Positions 30,782 to 39,603 of a stretch of 64,000 bases of DNA are shown here, piece after piece. The DNA is taken from NCBI GenBank assembly GCA_963707635.1, contig OY970173.1:640001-704000 (forward strand). Reading direction: 5' to 3'. The notes beneath the pieces were generated by a model, which saw nothing but the letters and a program-made list of their open reading frames with translations, ran no database searches and had not been told where the DNA came from. A program made the translations under genes and the position numbers. Position 1 is the first letter of the stretch; every line of letters begins with the position of its first letter. Source of the DNA: Candidatus Latescibacterota bacterium. GTDB lineage: Bacteria > Krumholzibacteriota > Krumholzibacteriia > WVZY01 > JAKEHA01.

Positions 30782-31918
30782 TCACCCGTGCATCGAGTAC
30801 AGCAGCCGCAGATCCCAGCTGTCACGCTCGACCACGCGGCGATTTCCCAGTTTCCATTCGTCTGCCAGGGCGGAGCCGGTCGCGCGCACCAGTATGCAGG
30901 GCAGTCCGCGCGCGCGCGATTCGAGTTCCGACGGAACGAAACCCGCTTCCGCCAGAATGCTTTGATCCGTCGTGGACACGGTGGCGCTCCACGCGCCGAT
31001 TTCGGGAAAACGCCCGTGGCGAAGCGCAACCCGGAGCAGCTCGGCGCGCGCATCGGGTGAGACGCCCTCCCAGTCGACGATGTGGTAGGGATTCATCGGC
31101 GGGCGATACTCGAGGAAACGACCCAGGGCGAGGAATCCGTCCAGTCGATCGGCGCGTTCCAGACACAGAAAGCCGTACTCGCGCCACGGGTTCCGGTAAC
31201 GCCACGCCAGAAACTCCGCGTCGCGCACCTGACGGATGCGGCCGTCGTGACCCAGCCGCCGGATGAGCGCGGCCATCGCGTCCGTGCGCGTGAAACGCTC
31301 GAAGACGATGGTGGTCCCGGTTTCGCGCCCCGGAATCCGGCCCAGCGAGGCGAGTCGGTCGAAGGGACCGGTGGGCGATTGGACGACGGGGTCGTTGCGC
31401 GGAGCCAGCCGCCACAGGACCCGGGTTCCGTGCAGCCTTTCGTGGAGCTCGTGCGCGATGCGACGCCGGAGGTCGAAGCGCGTGATCGGTTCCATCGAGA
31501 CCGCGCTTCTCCAACCGGTGGCGAGCGAAGCGAGCGTGGTCATGCGTCCCGAGCTCAAGGCTACCATGAATGGATAGCCGCGCGCCTCGAGGTCGTCGTG
31601 CTGCGCGCGCATGATGAGCGTGGCGACTCCGGTGTTGCGATGCTCCGGACGGACGGCGAAGTCATCGACGGCGGGAAGCACGATGCGATCGACGCCGCCG
31701 GCCTGCCAGCAGGTTCCGTACGCGCCGCGCATCCCGACGACACGGCCCTGGTGGAGGGCGACGTAGAGGAAGGAGTCGCGCGCGAGAGGATTCTGGCGGT
31801 ATTTCCAGTCCAGGAATTGCCGGCTCTTCGCCGTTCCTCCGCCCGAGGCCAGATTGCGCAGCTCCACGACCTCCGGCTCGAGATCAGGGTGGTAGGGGAC
31901 GACCTCGTAGCCCGCCAT
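30782..31918 (-). CDS. GNAT family N-acetyltransferase (double GNAT-like)
   Basis: FLDWKYRQNP, DFAVRPEHRNTGV and FLAWRYRNP motifs. Confidence 0.8.
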   Translation of the reverse strand: MAGYEVVPYHPDLEPEVVELRNLASGGGTAKSRQFLDWKYRQNPLARDSFLYVALHQGRVVGMRGAYGTCWQAGGVDRIVLPAVDDFAVRPEHRNTGVATLIMRAQHDDLEARGYPFMVALSSGRMTTLASLATGWRSAVSMEPITRFDLRRRIAHELHERLHGTRVLWRLAPRNDPVVQSPTGPFDRLASLGRIPGRETGTTIVFERFTRTDAMAALIRRLGHDGRIRQVRDAEFLAWRYRNPWREYGFLCLERADRLDGFLALGRFLEYRPPMNPYHIVDWEGVSPDARAELLRVALRHGRFPEIGAWSATVSTTDQSILAEAGFVPSELESRARGLPCILVRATGSALADEWKLGNRRVVERDSWDLRLLYSMHG

Positions 31919-31922
31919 CGCG

Positions 31923-33470
31923 TCACCGCGACGACGGCTTGGACCCGCCAGGTGCAGCGCGAAGAATCCGCGAGATGTCGACCGGCTCCGTCGCCACGCA
32001 ACGCTCCGCGACGGTGGCGCGATTCACCTTTCCGCGCGACGTGCGCGGGATCTCGTCGATGACGTACCAGCGCTGCGGGACCTGGTGGCGCGCGAGGTGC
32101 CGGTTCACCCAGCGGTGCAGATCGAGGAGCGTGGCATCCCCGGAGGGGTTGAGGACCACGGCCACGCCGACGTCTTCTCCAAGCAGCGGATCGGGGAACG
32201 CAAACGCGCACACGTCCATGACGGCGGGAAAACGCTCGACGACCGCGTCGATGTCAGCCGGATAGACCTTCATCCCACCCTTGTTGATCTCGTCGCGTTC
32301 ACGCCCGCGCAGAAACAGCCAGCCGCGATCGTCGATCACGCCGATGTCGCCGGTGGAGAACCAGCCCGCGCTGACCACCTGCATGGTGAGGTCGGGACGA
32401 TCGAGGTAGCCGCGCATCAGGGCGGGCGTGCACACCCATACGTGGCCCGATTCGCCGGGCGCGCAGCTGGATCCCGCGTCGAGCGGTGCGGCGGAATCGC
32501 GCGACTTGAGCACCCGAAGCACGCCGCCCCACGCGACGCCGACCAGCCCGTCCTGGGGAGTAAACGCGCCCACCGTGGTCCCGGCGAGCCAGCTGGCCGT
32601 CTCGGTGATGCCGTACGCGTTCAGTACGGTTGTCTTGCTCCACGCCTGAATGTCGCTCCACAGCGCGGCGGACAGCGGCGCGGACCCGACGAACACGCGC
32701 TGGAGCGATTGGCCGTGCGGCGGTTTGGCGACGCGAAGCGCCAGGCGCCACAGGGCGGGCACCGACGATAGAAACGTGATTTCGTGCTCGTCGATGATCG
32801 AGCCGAGTTGCGACGTGATGTCGGGGCGAAACGGCGGCATGATGAAAAGGTCGCACCCCGAGAGCCAGGGAAAAAGACTGTTGCAGATGAGCCCGTGACC
32901 GAAGTGCGTCGGGAGCAGGCACAGCGTGCGCCGGTAGGCGTCCAGGCCGAGGTGCGCGCGGAGATTGGTCCATTGCGCGCGCAGCGACCCGTGGGTGTGG
33001 ACCACGCCCTTGGGTTGTCCCGTCGTCCCGGACGTGAAGAGAATCAACGCGTCGTCCTCCGGGTTGGGCGCGCGCCGGGGAGCGGTCGCCGGTGAGGACG
33101 TGCCCGGAGGCTGAGCGGCATCGATCACCTGCACGTCGAGCGCCGCCAACGCGCGCGCGAGCCCGGTGTCCGGGTCTCCCAGCCACGCGGAGACCTTCGG
33201 CCGGCTCCATTCCGCGAGGGTTTCGATCTCGAACGCGGTGAAACGAGGGTCGATCGGCACGGCGCACGCGCCGAGTCTCCACAGGGCGAGCAGCTCGGCG
33301 AAGAACTCGTTGCAGTTGCCGAAATGGACGAAGACGCGATCTCCGTCGGAGAGTCCGAGCGCCGCGTAGGCGCGGACGCGGGCCTCGACCTGGCCGGCGA
33401 CTTCGGCAGACGCCCACCGCCGGCCGGTGAGGGGTTCGATCAGACGGCCCGGGTCAAATCCAAGTGGCAT
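31923..33470 (-). CDS. class I adenylate-forming enzyme (acyl-CoA ligase-like)
   Basis: LFTSGTTGQPKG, YGITE, TGDIG and PRTSRGK motifs. Confidence 0.9.
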   Translation of the reverse strand: MPLGFDPGRLIEPLTGRRWASAEVAGQVEARVRAYAALGLSDGDRVFVHFGNCNEFFAELLALWRLGACAVPIDPRFTAFEIETLAEWSRPKVSAWLGDPDTGLARALAALDVQVIDAAQPPGTSSPATAPRRAPNPEDDALILFTSGTTGQPKGVVHTHGSLRAQWTNLRAHLGLDAYRRTLCLLPTHFGHGLICNSLFPWLSGCDLFIMPPFRPDITSQLGSIIDEHEITFLSSVPALWRLALRVAKPPHGQSLQRVFVGSAPLSAALWSDIQAWSKTTVLNAYGITETASWLAGTTVGAFTPQDGLVGVAWGGVLRVLKSRDSAAPLDAGSSCAPGESGHVWVCTPALMRGYLDRPDLTMQVVSAGWFSTGDIGVIDDRGWLFLRGRERDEINKGGMKVYPADIDAVVERFPAVMDVCAFAFPDPLLGEDVGVAVVLNPSGDATLLDLHRWVNRHLARHQVPQRWYVIDEIPRTSRGKVNRATVAERCVATEPVDISRILRAAPGGSKPSSR

Positions 33471-33631
33471 AGCGTTTTCACTCTACTGGATTCTCCGGGG
33501 GATGACACGGACTAGGAGAATTAAAAGATTGATTTGTCCGATACTGCCAACTATGCTCCTTCTGTCGATGGCGGTGCCCGGCGGCGGCCTCCGTGGCCGG
33601 CCCGGACCCGGACGATGGGAGGTGCGTGTTC

Positions 33632-34024
33632 ATGTCTATCGGACGTGCTCGGTTTGCGGCGCTGCTCGCATGCGTCGTCTCGCTGTCCGCGTGCGGCGGG
33701 TCCGATATTCAATCGCCCGCGAACGACACCATCGCATCGTCGGTTTCCGGCACGGTCGTGTCGGACGGAACCGGGAACGGCGTGGCGGATGTCGGCGTTC
33801 TCCTGGAACAATGCGAGCCGGGGATGATGCTGCAGCGCCAGTGGCGCCACGCGCAGTCGACGCGGACCGGCGCGGACGGCCAATTCCACTTCGAGTACAT
33901 GCACGAGACCATGCACCGTTATCGAGTGGCCATAGACGGGATGCCGGGGCCACAGGGGCAGTGCTACGTGGGTACGGGCGCGGAAACCGGCGTCGTCCTG
34001 CGCATGACGTCGCCGAATCCGTAG
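33632..34024 (+). CDS. small lipoprotein with a carboxypeptidase-regulatory-like beta-sandwich
   Basis: GGAGG RBS; lipobox LSAC; SGTVVS..G.GV..V and TGADGQF motifs. Confidence 0.7.
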   Translation: MSIGRARFAALLACVVSLSACGGSDIQSPANDTIASSVSGTVVSDGTGNGVADVGVLLEQCEPGMMLQRQWRHAQSTRTGADGQFHFEYMHETMHRYRVAIDGMPGPQGQCYVGTGAETGVVLRMTSPNP

Positions 34025-34050
34025 CGCGTCCGTGACCCCGGGTAGCAAGG

Positions 34051-34088
34051 AGGGCCCGCCTCACGACGGAGACGGGCCCTTTGCGTTT
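34051..34088 (+). terminator. intrinsic terminator between convergent genes
   Basis: AGGGCCCG...CGGGCCCT followed by TTGCGTTT. Confidence 0.7.
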
Positions 34089-34104
34089 CGGTCAAGTGCC
34101 GTGA

Positions 34105-35913
34105 CTAGAACGCCGGATTTTCCGGCAGCGTGTACGTCCGCCCCTGATTCTGCTGCTGCAGATACGCCGTCAGCGGCTCGAAGTAGCGGAGCATCGGTTG
34201 CGCGGATAGATCCGCCCCGGTGGCCTCGCGCGTCAGCTCGCGCCAGTCGCGGGTCCCGCCGGCGGAGAGAATCGGCTTGAGAAACGTCCCCACTTCCTTG
34301 CTTCCGTAATAGTTGGTCGCGTGCGGGTCCTGGTGCAGGATGTTGCGCGCGATGTGGTCGTGCAGCTGCATGAGCAGCACGTACGAAATCGCGTAGTCGT
34401 AGTACTGCGCCGCGTCGTCGTTGATGTGCGTCTTGGTAGCCGCGTCGCAGTACTCCTCGCCCCGCGGCGACGGGGGCACGATGCCCTGGTACTTCTGCAC
34501 CAGCTCCCACCACTTCGCGTTGTACTGGTCCTTCGGCAGATTCTCGGCGTAGAGGGAGTATTCGAACTCGGTCATCACGCCGGCCGACCACGGGAGGAAG
34601 ATGATGTAATTGAGCGACTCCTTGAGCAGCGTCTGGATCTGATCGGTCTGCTGGCCCTCCGGGAAGAGACCGATGCCTTCGATGAAGGGCTGCTGCATCG
34701 CCGCCAGTCCCATCATGCTCCCGATCCCCTCGTGGAAGGCGCGGTTGGCGCCGCGGCGCAGCAGGATCGGCACCTCGGGCGTCGAGTAGCTCATGTAGTA
34801 GTAGATGTGCCCGAGCTCGTGGTGCGTGGTCTCGTACCAGTCGGCGTTGGGAATGACGCTCATGAGGCTGCGAACGTCCTTGTCGAGATCGAAGTGCCAT
34901 GCGGAGGCGTGGTTGTTCTTCTTGTAGTTCGCGCCTTCGGGCACCGGATACAGATCCGACTTGTCCCAGAACGTCTGCGGCAGCGAATCGAATCCAAGGC
35001 TCACGTAGAAGCTCTCGGCCTGCTTGACCAGCCACTCGGGCTGCTTCTCCTTGAGCTTCGAATCGAGGTCCAGCCCGGCAACCGTGACCAGCGGCGACCA
35101 ATCCTGGCCCCAGCGGTTCGGGAGCCAGTGCGCCGGGATCATGTCGGGGACTTCCTTCTGGCCGTAGCGCCTGGCCAGCTCGTAGCGCGTCCACGTGTGC
35201 AGCTCGCGATACAGCGGCCAGATATCGCGCAGGATCGTCCTCATCTGGTCGCGCAGTTCCGCGCTGGTCATCCCGTAGTCGGACACCTGGTAGTCGAAAT
35301 AGTCCTTGTAGCCGAGCGCCTGCACGGTCTGGTTGCGCAGCGTCTGCATCTCGACCAGGCCGTCCTTGAGGTTCTTGCCGACCTCCTTGCTCTCCTCCCA
35401 CGCGGCGAGGCGCTTGTCGAGGTCGATGTCGCCGCGCAGCAGCTCGTCGATGTCGTTCGTGCTGACCGACTTCCCGTCGAGCTTGAAGTCGAATCCGTAG
35501 AGCTTCTCAACTTGCTCCGTCTCGACCCGGATGCGCCGCTTGACGATGTCGGCGACCGTCTGCGGATTGCTCCCGGCCTCGTAGAGGATGAGCTCGAGCT
35601 GGCGCACGAGCAGCGGTGAGAGCTTGTCGCGCTTCTCGAGGAACTTCCGCGCGGTCGCGATATTCTCGGCGTTGCCGGTGAAGACCGCGTAGGCCTCTTT
35701 GGCGGCCTTCGAGCGGTGGGCGTTGGTGGTGTCGCCTTCGACGATATGCGTGTTCGACGCCCACTCGGCCTCGCTGACTTCGAGGGAGAGCTTCTGCACT
35801 TCCCGGGTATAGGTGTCGACATACGCCTGCGCTTCCTTCTCGGGGTTCTTGGCGCACGAAGCGAGCAGCGCGGTGGCCGTGAGCAGCACGACGGCCGTTG
35901 GTATCTTCCTCAT
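34105..35913 (-). CDS. M2 family peptidyl-dipeptidase (ACE-like) lipoprotein
   Basis: Lipobox LASC; HASAW, HHELGH and RRGANRAFHE motifs; GGAGG RBS. Confidence 0.9.
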   Translation of the reverse strand: MRKIPTAVVLLTATALLASCAKNPEKEAQAYVDTYTREVQKLSLEVSEAEWASNTHIVEGDTTNAHRSKAAKEAYAVFTGNAENIATARKFLEKRDKLSPLLVRQLELILYEAGSNPQTVADIVKRRIRVETEQVEKLYGFDFKLDGKSVSTNDIDELLRGDIDLDKRLAAWEESKEVGKNLKDGLVEMQTLRNQTVQALGYKDYFDYQVSDYGMTSAELRDQMRTILRDIWPLYRELHTWTRYELARRYGQKEVPDMIPAHWLPNRWGQDWSPLVTVAGLDLDSKLKEKQPEWLVKQAESFYVSLGFDSLPQTFWDKSDLYPVPEGANYKKNNHASAWHFDLDKDVRSLMSVIPNADWYETTHHELGHIYYYMSYSTPEVPILLRRGANRAFHEGIGSMMGLAAMQQPFIEGIGLFPEGQQTDQIQTLLKESLNYIIFLPWSAGVMTEFEYSLYAENLPKDQYNAKWWELVQKYQGIVPPSPRGEEYCDAATKTHINDDAAQYYDYAISYVLLMQLHDHIARNILHQDPHATNYYGSKEVGTFLKPILSAGGTRDWRELTREATGADLSAQPMLRYFEPLTAYLQQQNQGRTYTLPENPAF

Positions 35914-36054
35914 CTTATCCTCCTGGCTGGGAATCGATGCAAACGAGACGCTCGCGGGGTGGGACCCGGGCGGGCAATCCGGACATGGTACCCGATTGCG
36001 CCCCCAAGTCAAGGGGCGGAGGCACGCGCGCGACTTTGCTATAATGACGCCCCT

Positions 36055-37032
36055 ATGACGCCCGACGCGCGCATGCTCACCAACGACAACGGGTCGCTCA
36101 AGCCGGTGACGACTTTCTCTACGCCGAAACTCGAGTTCGAGTTTCCCGGGCTGGAGGTCGGGGTGGCGGAATTCGCGGAAGGCCCCACCGGGTGCACGGT
36201 GTTTCACTTCCCGCGCGGGGCCATCGGCGTGGCCGACGTTCGCGGCGGGGCGCCCGGCACGGTGCTTTCCCACCGCGAAGGGTGGGTCGACGCGATCTGC
36301 TTCGCGGGCGGGTCGGTCTACGGGCTGGAAGCCGCGAGCGGCGTCAACGCCGAGCTGCTTGCGCGCAAGGGCTACGACACCAACTGGAACAACATCGCCA
36401 TCGTCTCCGGCGCGGTGATCTTCGACTTCAACCGCTTTCGCGCCCACAAGTCGGTATATCCCGACAAGACCCTCGGCCGGGCCGCCCTGAGCGCAGCCGC
36501 GGCGGGCGCATTCCCGCTCGGCGCTCGCGGCGCCGGCGTCTGCGCCACGGTGGGCAAGTGGCTTCGGGATCCGTACCAGCTGGAGCGCTCGGGGCAGGGA
36601 GCCGCGATTTACGCGTCGGGCGCGGTGCGCATCGCTGCGTTCGCGGTGGTCAACGCGGTGGGGGCGCTGGTGGACCGGAGCGGGCGCGCGGTGCGCGGGC
36701 ACCTCGACCCCGGCACGGGCAGACGCGTCCGCGTCGGCGAGGTGGTGTCGATCCGGCGCGACGCCGAGCCGATGCCCGAACCACCGCCGGGGAACACGAC
36801 GCTCTCGCTCATCGTCACCAACCAGGCCATGGGCCTGCGCGAGCTGAATCAGATGGCGCGGCAGGTCCACAGCTCGATGGCCCGTGCCATCGATCCGTTC
36901 CACACCATGTACGACGGCGACGTGCTGTACTGCGCGACGACCAACGCAATCGACCCGGCGCCGCTCGCGTACAACGAGGTCAGCTACATCGCGTCGGAGC
37001 TGGCCTGGGACGCGGTGTTGTCGTGCTTCTAA
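36055..37032 (+). CDS. S58/P1 Ntn-hydrolase, NylC-like (6-aminohexanoate oligomer endohydrolase homolog)
   Basis: EGPTGCTV, AGGSVYGLEA, VYPDKTLGRAAL, GNTT autocleavage site and QVHSSM..I.PFHT..DGD. Confidence 0.85.
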   Translation: MTPDARMLTNDNGSLKPVTTFSTPKLEFEFPGLEVGVAEFAEGPTGCTVFHFPRGAIGVADVRGGAPGTVLSHREGWVDAICFAGGSVYGLEAASGVNAELLARKGYDTNWNNIAIVSGAVIFDFNRFRAHKSVYPDKTLGRAALSAAAAGAFPLGARGAGVCATVGKWLRDPYQLERSGQGAAIYASGAVRIAAFAVVNAVGALVDRSGRAVRGHLDPGTGRRVRVGEVVSIRRDAEPMPEPPPGNTTLSLIVTNQAMGLRELNQMARQVHSSMARAIDPFHTMYDGDVLYCATTNAIDPAPLAYNEVSYIASELAWDAVLSCF

Positions 37033-37156
37033 TGGGCGGACGGGGGATGGAGTGTGCTCCCTCGGGCGCCAATCCGCAGTCGCGCATTTCAACCGATTGG
37101 CGCGGGAGGACGGCGGCAGAGGGAGCACGCTCCATCCCCGAAGGCTAGACAGCATC

Positions 37157-37735
37157 ATGGCACCTAGGAAACGCTGCACCTGGGCCGGCACGACCGACCC
37201 GCTCATGATCGCCTACCACGACGAGGAGTGGGGCGTTCCGCTGCACGATGACCGGAGGCTCTTCGAGTTCCTGGTCCTCGAGGGCGCGCAAGCCGGCCTC
37301 TCCTGGCGGACCATTTTACACAAGCGCGAAAACTACCGGCGCGCGTTCCACCGGTTCGACCCCGCGAAGGTGGCGCGCTACGGCGCCCGGGACGTTAATC
37401 GGCTGCTCGCGGATGCGGGAATCGTCCGCAATCGTCTCAAGATCGAGTCCACCATCGACAATGCGCGCGCGTTCCTGAACGTATGCGAGGAATTCGGGAG
37501 CTTCGACGACTACATCTGGCGCTTCGTCGGCGGGAAGCCGATTCGCAACGCGTGGAAGACGACGCGCGACATCCCCGCGAAGACCCAAGAATCCGACACG
37601 ATGAGCAAGGACATGAAGCAGCGCGGATTCCGCTTCGTGGGCTCGACGATCTGTTACGCGCACATGCAGGCGACCGGCATGGTCAACGATCATACGGTGG
37701 ACTGTTTTCGGTACCGGAGCGTCGCACCGCGGTAA
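37157..37735 (+). CDS. tag: DNA-3-methyladenine glycosylase I
   Basis: RCTW, YHDEEWG, LEGAQAGLSW and GMVNDHTVDC motifs. Confidence 0.95.
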   Translation: MAPRKRCTWAGTTDPLMIAYHDEEWGVPLHDDRRLFEFLVLEGAQAGLSWRTILHKRENYRRAFHRFDPAKVARYGARDVNRLLADAGIVRNRLKIESTIDNARAFLNVCEEFGSFDDYIWRFVGGKPIRNAWKTTRDIPAKTQESDTMSKDMKQRGFRFVGSTICYAHMQATGMVNDHTVDCFRYRSVAPR

Positions 37736-37740
37736 CGACA

Positions 37741-37835
37741 GCGGGTCCTGTCGCCGACAGCCCGGTGCGGCTCGCTTCGTCCGCGCCTACGCACTAGACT
37801 CGCTCGCCGCCCGGGCGCCCGTCGGCGCCACCCGC
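37741..37835 (+). repeat. intergenic REP-like palindromic element
   Basis: Nested arms GCGGGT/ACCCGC, CGCCGAC/GTCGGCG, GCCCGG/CCGGGC and GCGGC/GCCGC. Confidence 0.75.
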
Positions 37836-37856
37836 GCTGGCAATGAAGTAACCCAC

Positions 37857-37885
37857 TTGCAGCCTTCCGGGTCCGTCGCTATACT
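37857..37885 (+). promoter_or_regulatory. sigma70-type promoter, near-leaderless
   Basis: TTGCAG-17-TATACT with ATG 9 nt downstream and no SD. Confidence 0.6.
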
Positions 37886-37894
37886 GGCCCCGCC

Positions 37895-38365
37895 ATGCCC
37901 GCCTATACCGTCGAGGTCAAGAAGGTCACCGAGCAGCACGTCGTCAGCATCCGCACCCAGTGTCATGTCGCCGAACTCGGCGCGATTCTCTCGGAGATCC
38001 TGCCCGAAGTGTGGCGCTACATTCGCAAGAACGGGGTCGCTCCCAGCGGGCCCCCGTTCACGCGCTACCACGGGTTCGAAAACGATCGCGTCGACATCGA
38101 GGGTGGCCTTCCGGTTCCGAAGGCGCTTCCGAGCGAAGGTCGCATCAACGCCGGCGTGCTGCCGGGAGGCGAAGTGGCGTCCACCGTCCACCTGGGTCCG
38201 TACGACAAGCTTCCGGACGCGCACGACGCGCTGCACGTGTGGCTCGAGAAGAATCGCAAGGACTCTGCGGGTCCGCAGTGGGAGATGTACCTGACCGACC
38301 CGGGCCTCGAGCCGGACCCGAACAAGTGGAAGACGGAGCTCATGTGGCCGATCAAGTCGGCGTGA
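37895..38365 (+). CDS. GyrI-like small-molecule-binding protein
   Basis: GPPFTRYH, HLGPYD and WEMYLTDP...WKTEL motifs. Confidence 0.88.
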   Translation: MPAYTVEVKKVTEQHVVSIRTQCHVAELGAILSEILPEVWRYIRKNGVAPSGPPFTRYHGFENDRVDIEGGLPVPKALPSEGRINAGVLPGGEVASTVHLGPYDKLPDAHDALHVWLEKNRKDSAGPQWEMYLTDPGLEPDPNKWKTELMWPIKSA

Positions 38366-38424
38366 GTTCTCGTCCCGCCCGGTACGCCCTCCGCGCCGCG
38401 CGCGCATCTATTCCGCACGATCTC

Positions 38425-39594
38425 ATGAAGAAGAACATCAACACGATCATGCTCCTCGGCGCCGGCGAACTGGGGAAGGAAGTCGTCATCGCCGCCAAAC
38501 GCCTCGGCAAGACGGTGGTGGCGGTCGACCGCTACCCCGGGGCGCCCGCCATGCAGGTCGCGGACGCCTGCGACGTGATCAACATGCTCGACGCGGGTGA
38601 GCTCGAGGCGGTGGTGAAGAAGCACCGACCCGACATGATCGTCCCCGAGATCGAGGCGATTCGCACCGATAAGCTCAAAGACTTCGAGCGCGACGGGGTA
38701 ATCGTGATCCCCACCGCCGAGGCGGTGTACCTGACCATGAACCGCATCGCGATCCGCGAGGTGGCGGCGAAGGAACTGGGACTTCGCACTGCGAAGTACG
38801 CGTATGCGGCCTCGCTCGACGAGCTGCGAGCGGCCGCGCAGCACACCGGGATTCCGTGCATGGTGAAACCCGTGATGTCGTCGTCGGGGAAAGGGCAATC
38901 GATGGTGAAGATGCCCGAAGAGCTCGGCCGCGCGTGGGATTACGCGTGCAGCAACATGCGGGGCGACGAGAAGAAGGTGATCATCGAAGAGTATATCCGC
39001 TTCCACCTCGAGATCACGCTGCTCACGGTCCGCCAGTGGGACGGATCCACGCTCTTCGTGGATCCGGTGGGGCACCGCCAGGAGCGGGGCGACTACATGG
39101 AGTCGTGGATTCCGGCGGCGCTCACGGTGGAGCAGCTGCGCGAGGCCCAGCACATGGCGAGAAAGGTCACGGACCGCCTCGGCGGGGCGGGCATCTTCGG
39201 GGTGGAGTTCTTCATCACCGCCAAGGAAGTGATCTTTTCCGAGTTGTCGCCGCGGCCGCACGACACCGGGATGGTGACGATGATCTCGCAGGACCTCTCC
39301 GAGTTCGACCTGCACGTGCGCGCAATCCTCGGACTCCCGATTCCGACCATCAACTACTACGGTCCCTCGGCGTCGGCGGTGATCCTGGCCGACCGCGAGT
39401 CGCCGCGCGTGGCGGGCTACGACGGCCTCGACCGGGCGCTCGCCCTGACGGACACGCAGGTGCGGATTTTCGGCAAGCCGGACACACGCAAGTTCCGCCG
39501 CATGGGGGTGGCACTCGCTCGCGCACAGTCGACCGACGCGGCGCGCGCGCGGGCGAAACAAGCCGCCGATTGCGTGACCATCCGCTACGAATAG
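38425..39594 (+). CDS. purT: formate-dependent phosphoribosylglycinamide formyltransferase
   Basis: LLGAGELGKEV, PEIEAI, KPVMSSSGKGQS, ELSPRPHDTG and RRMGVALA motifs. Confidence 0.95.
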   Translation: MKKNINTIMLLGAGELGKEVVIAAKRLGKTVVAVDRYPGAPAMQVADACDVINMLDAGELEAVVKKHRPDMIVPEIEAIRTDKLKDFERDGVIVIPTAEAVYLTMNRIAIREVAAKELGLRTAKYAYAASLDELRAAAQHTGIPCMVKPVMSSSGKGQSMVKMPEELGRAWDYACSNMRGDEKKVIIEEYIRFHLEITLLTVRQWDGSTLFVDPVGHRQERGDYMESWIPAALTVEQLREAQHMARKVTDRLGGAGIFGVEFFITAKEVIFSELSPRPHDTGMVTMISQDLSEFDLHVRAILGLPIPTINYYGPSASAVILADRESPRVAGYDGLDRALALTDTQVRIFGKPDTRKFRRMGVALARAQSTDAARARAKQAADCVTIRYE

Positions 39595-39603
39595 CCCTCC
39601 GCG

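Noticed and set aside
35914..37206. 1033-aa form of the M2 peptidase
   Set aside because: The extension overlaps the NylC-like gene on the other strand; RBS and lipoprotein signal place the start at 35913
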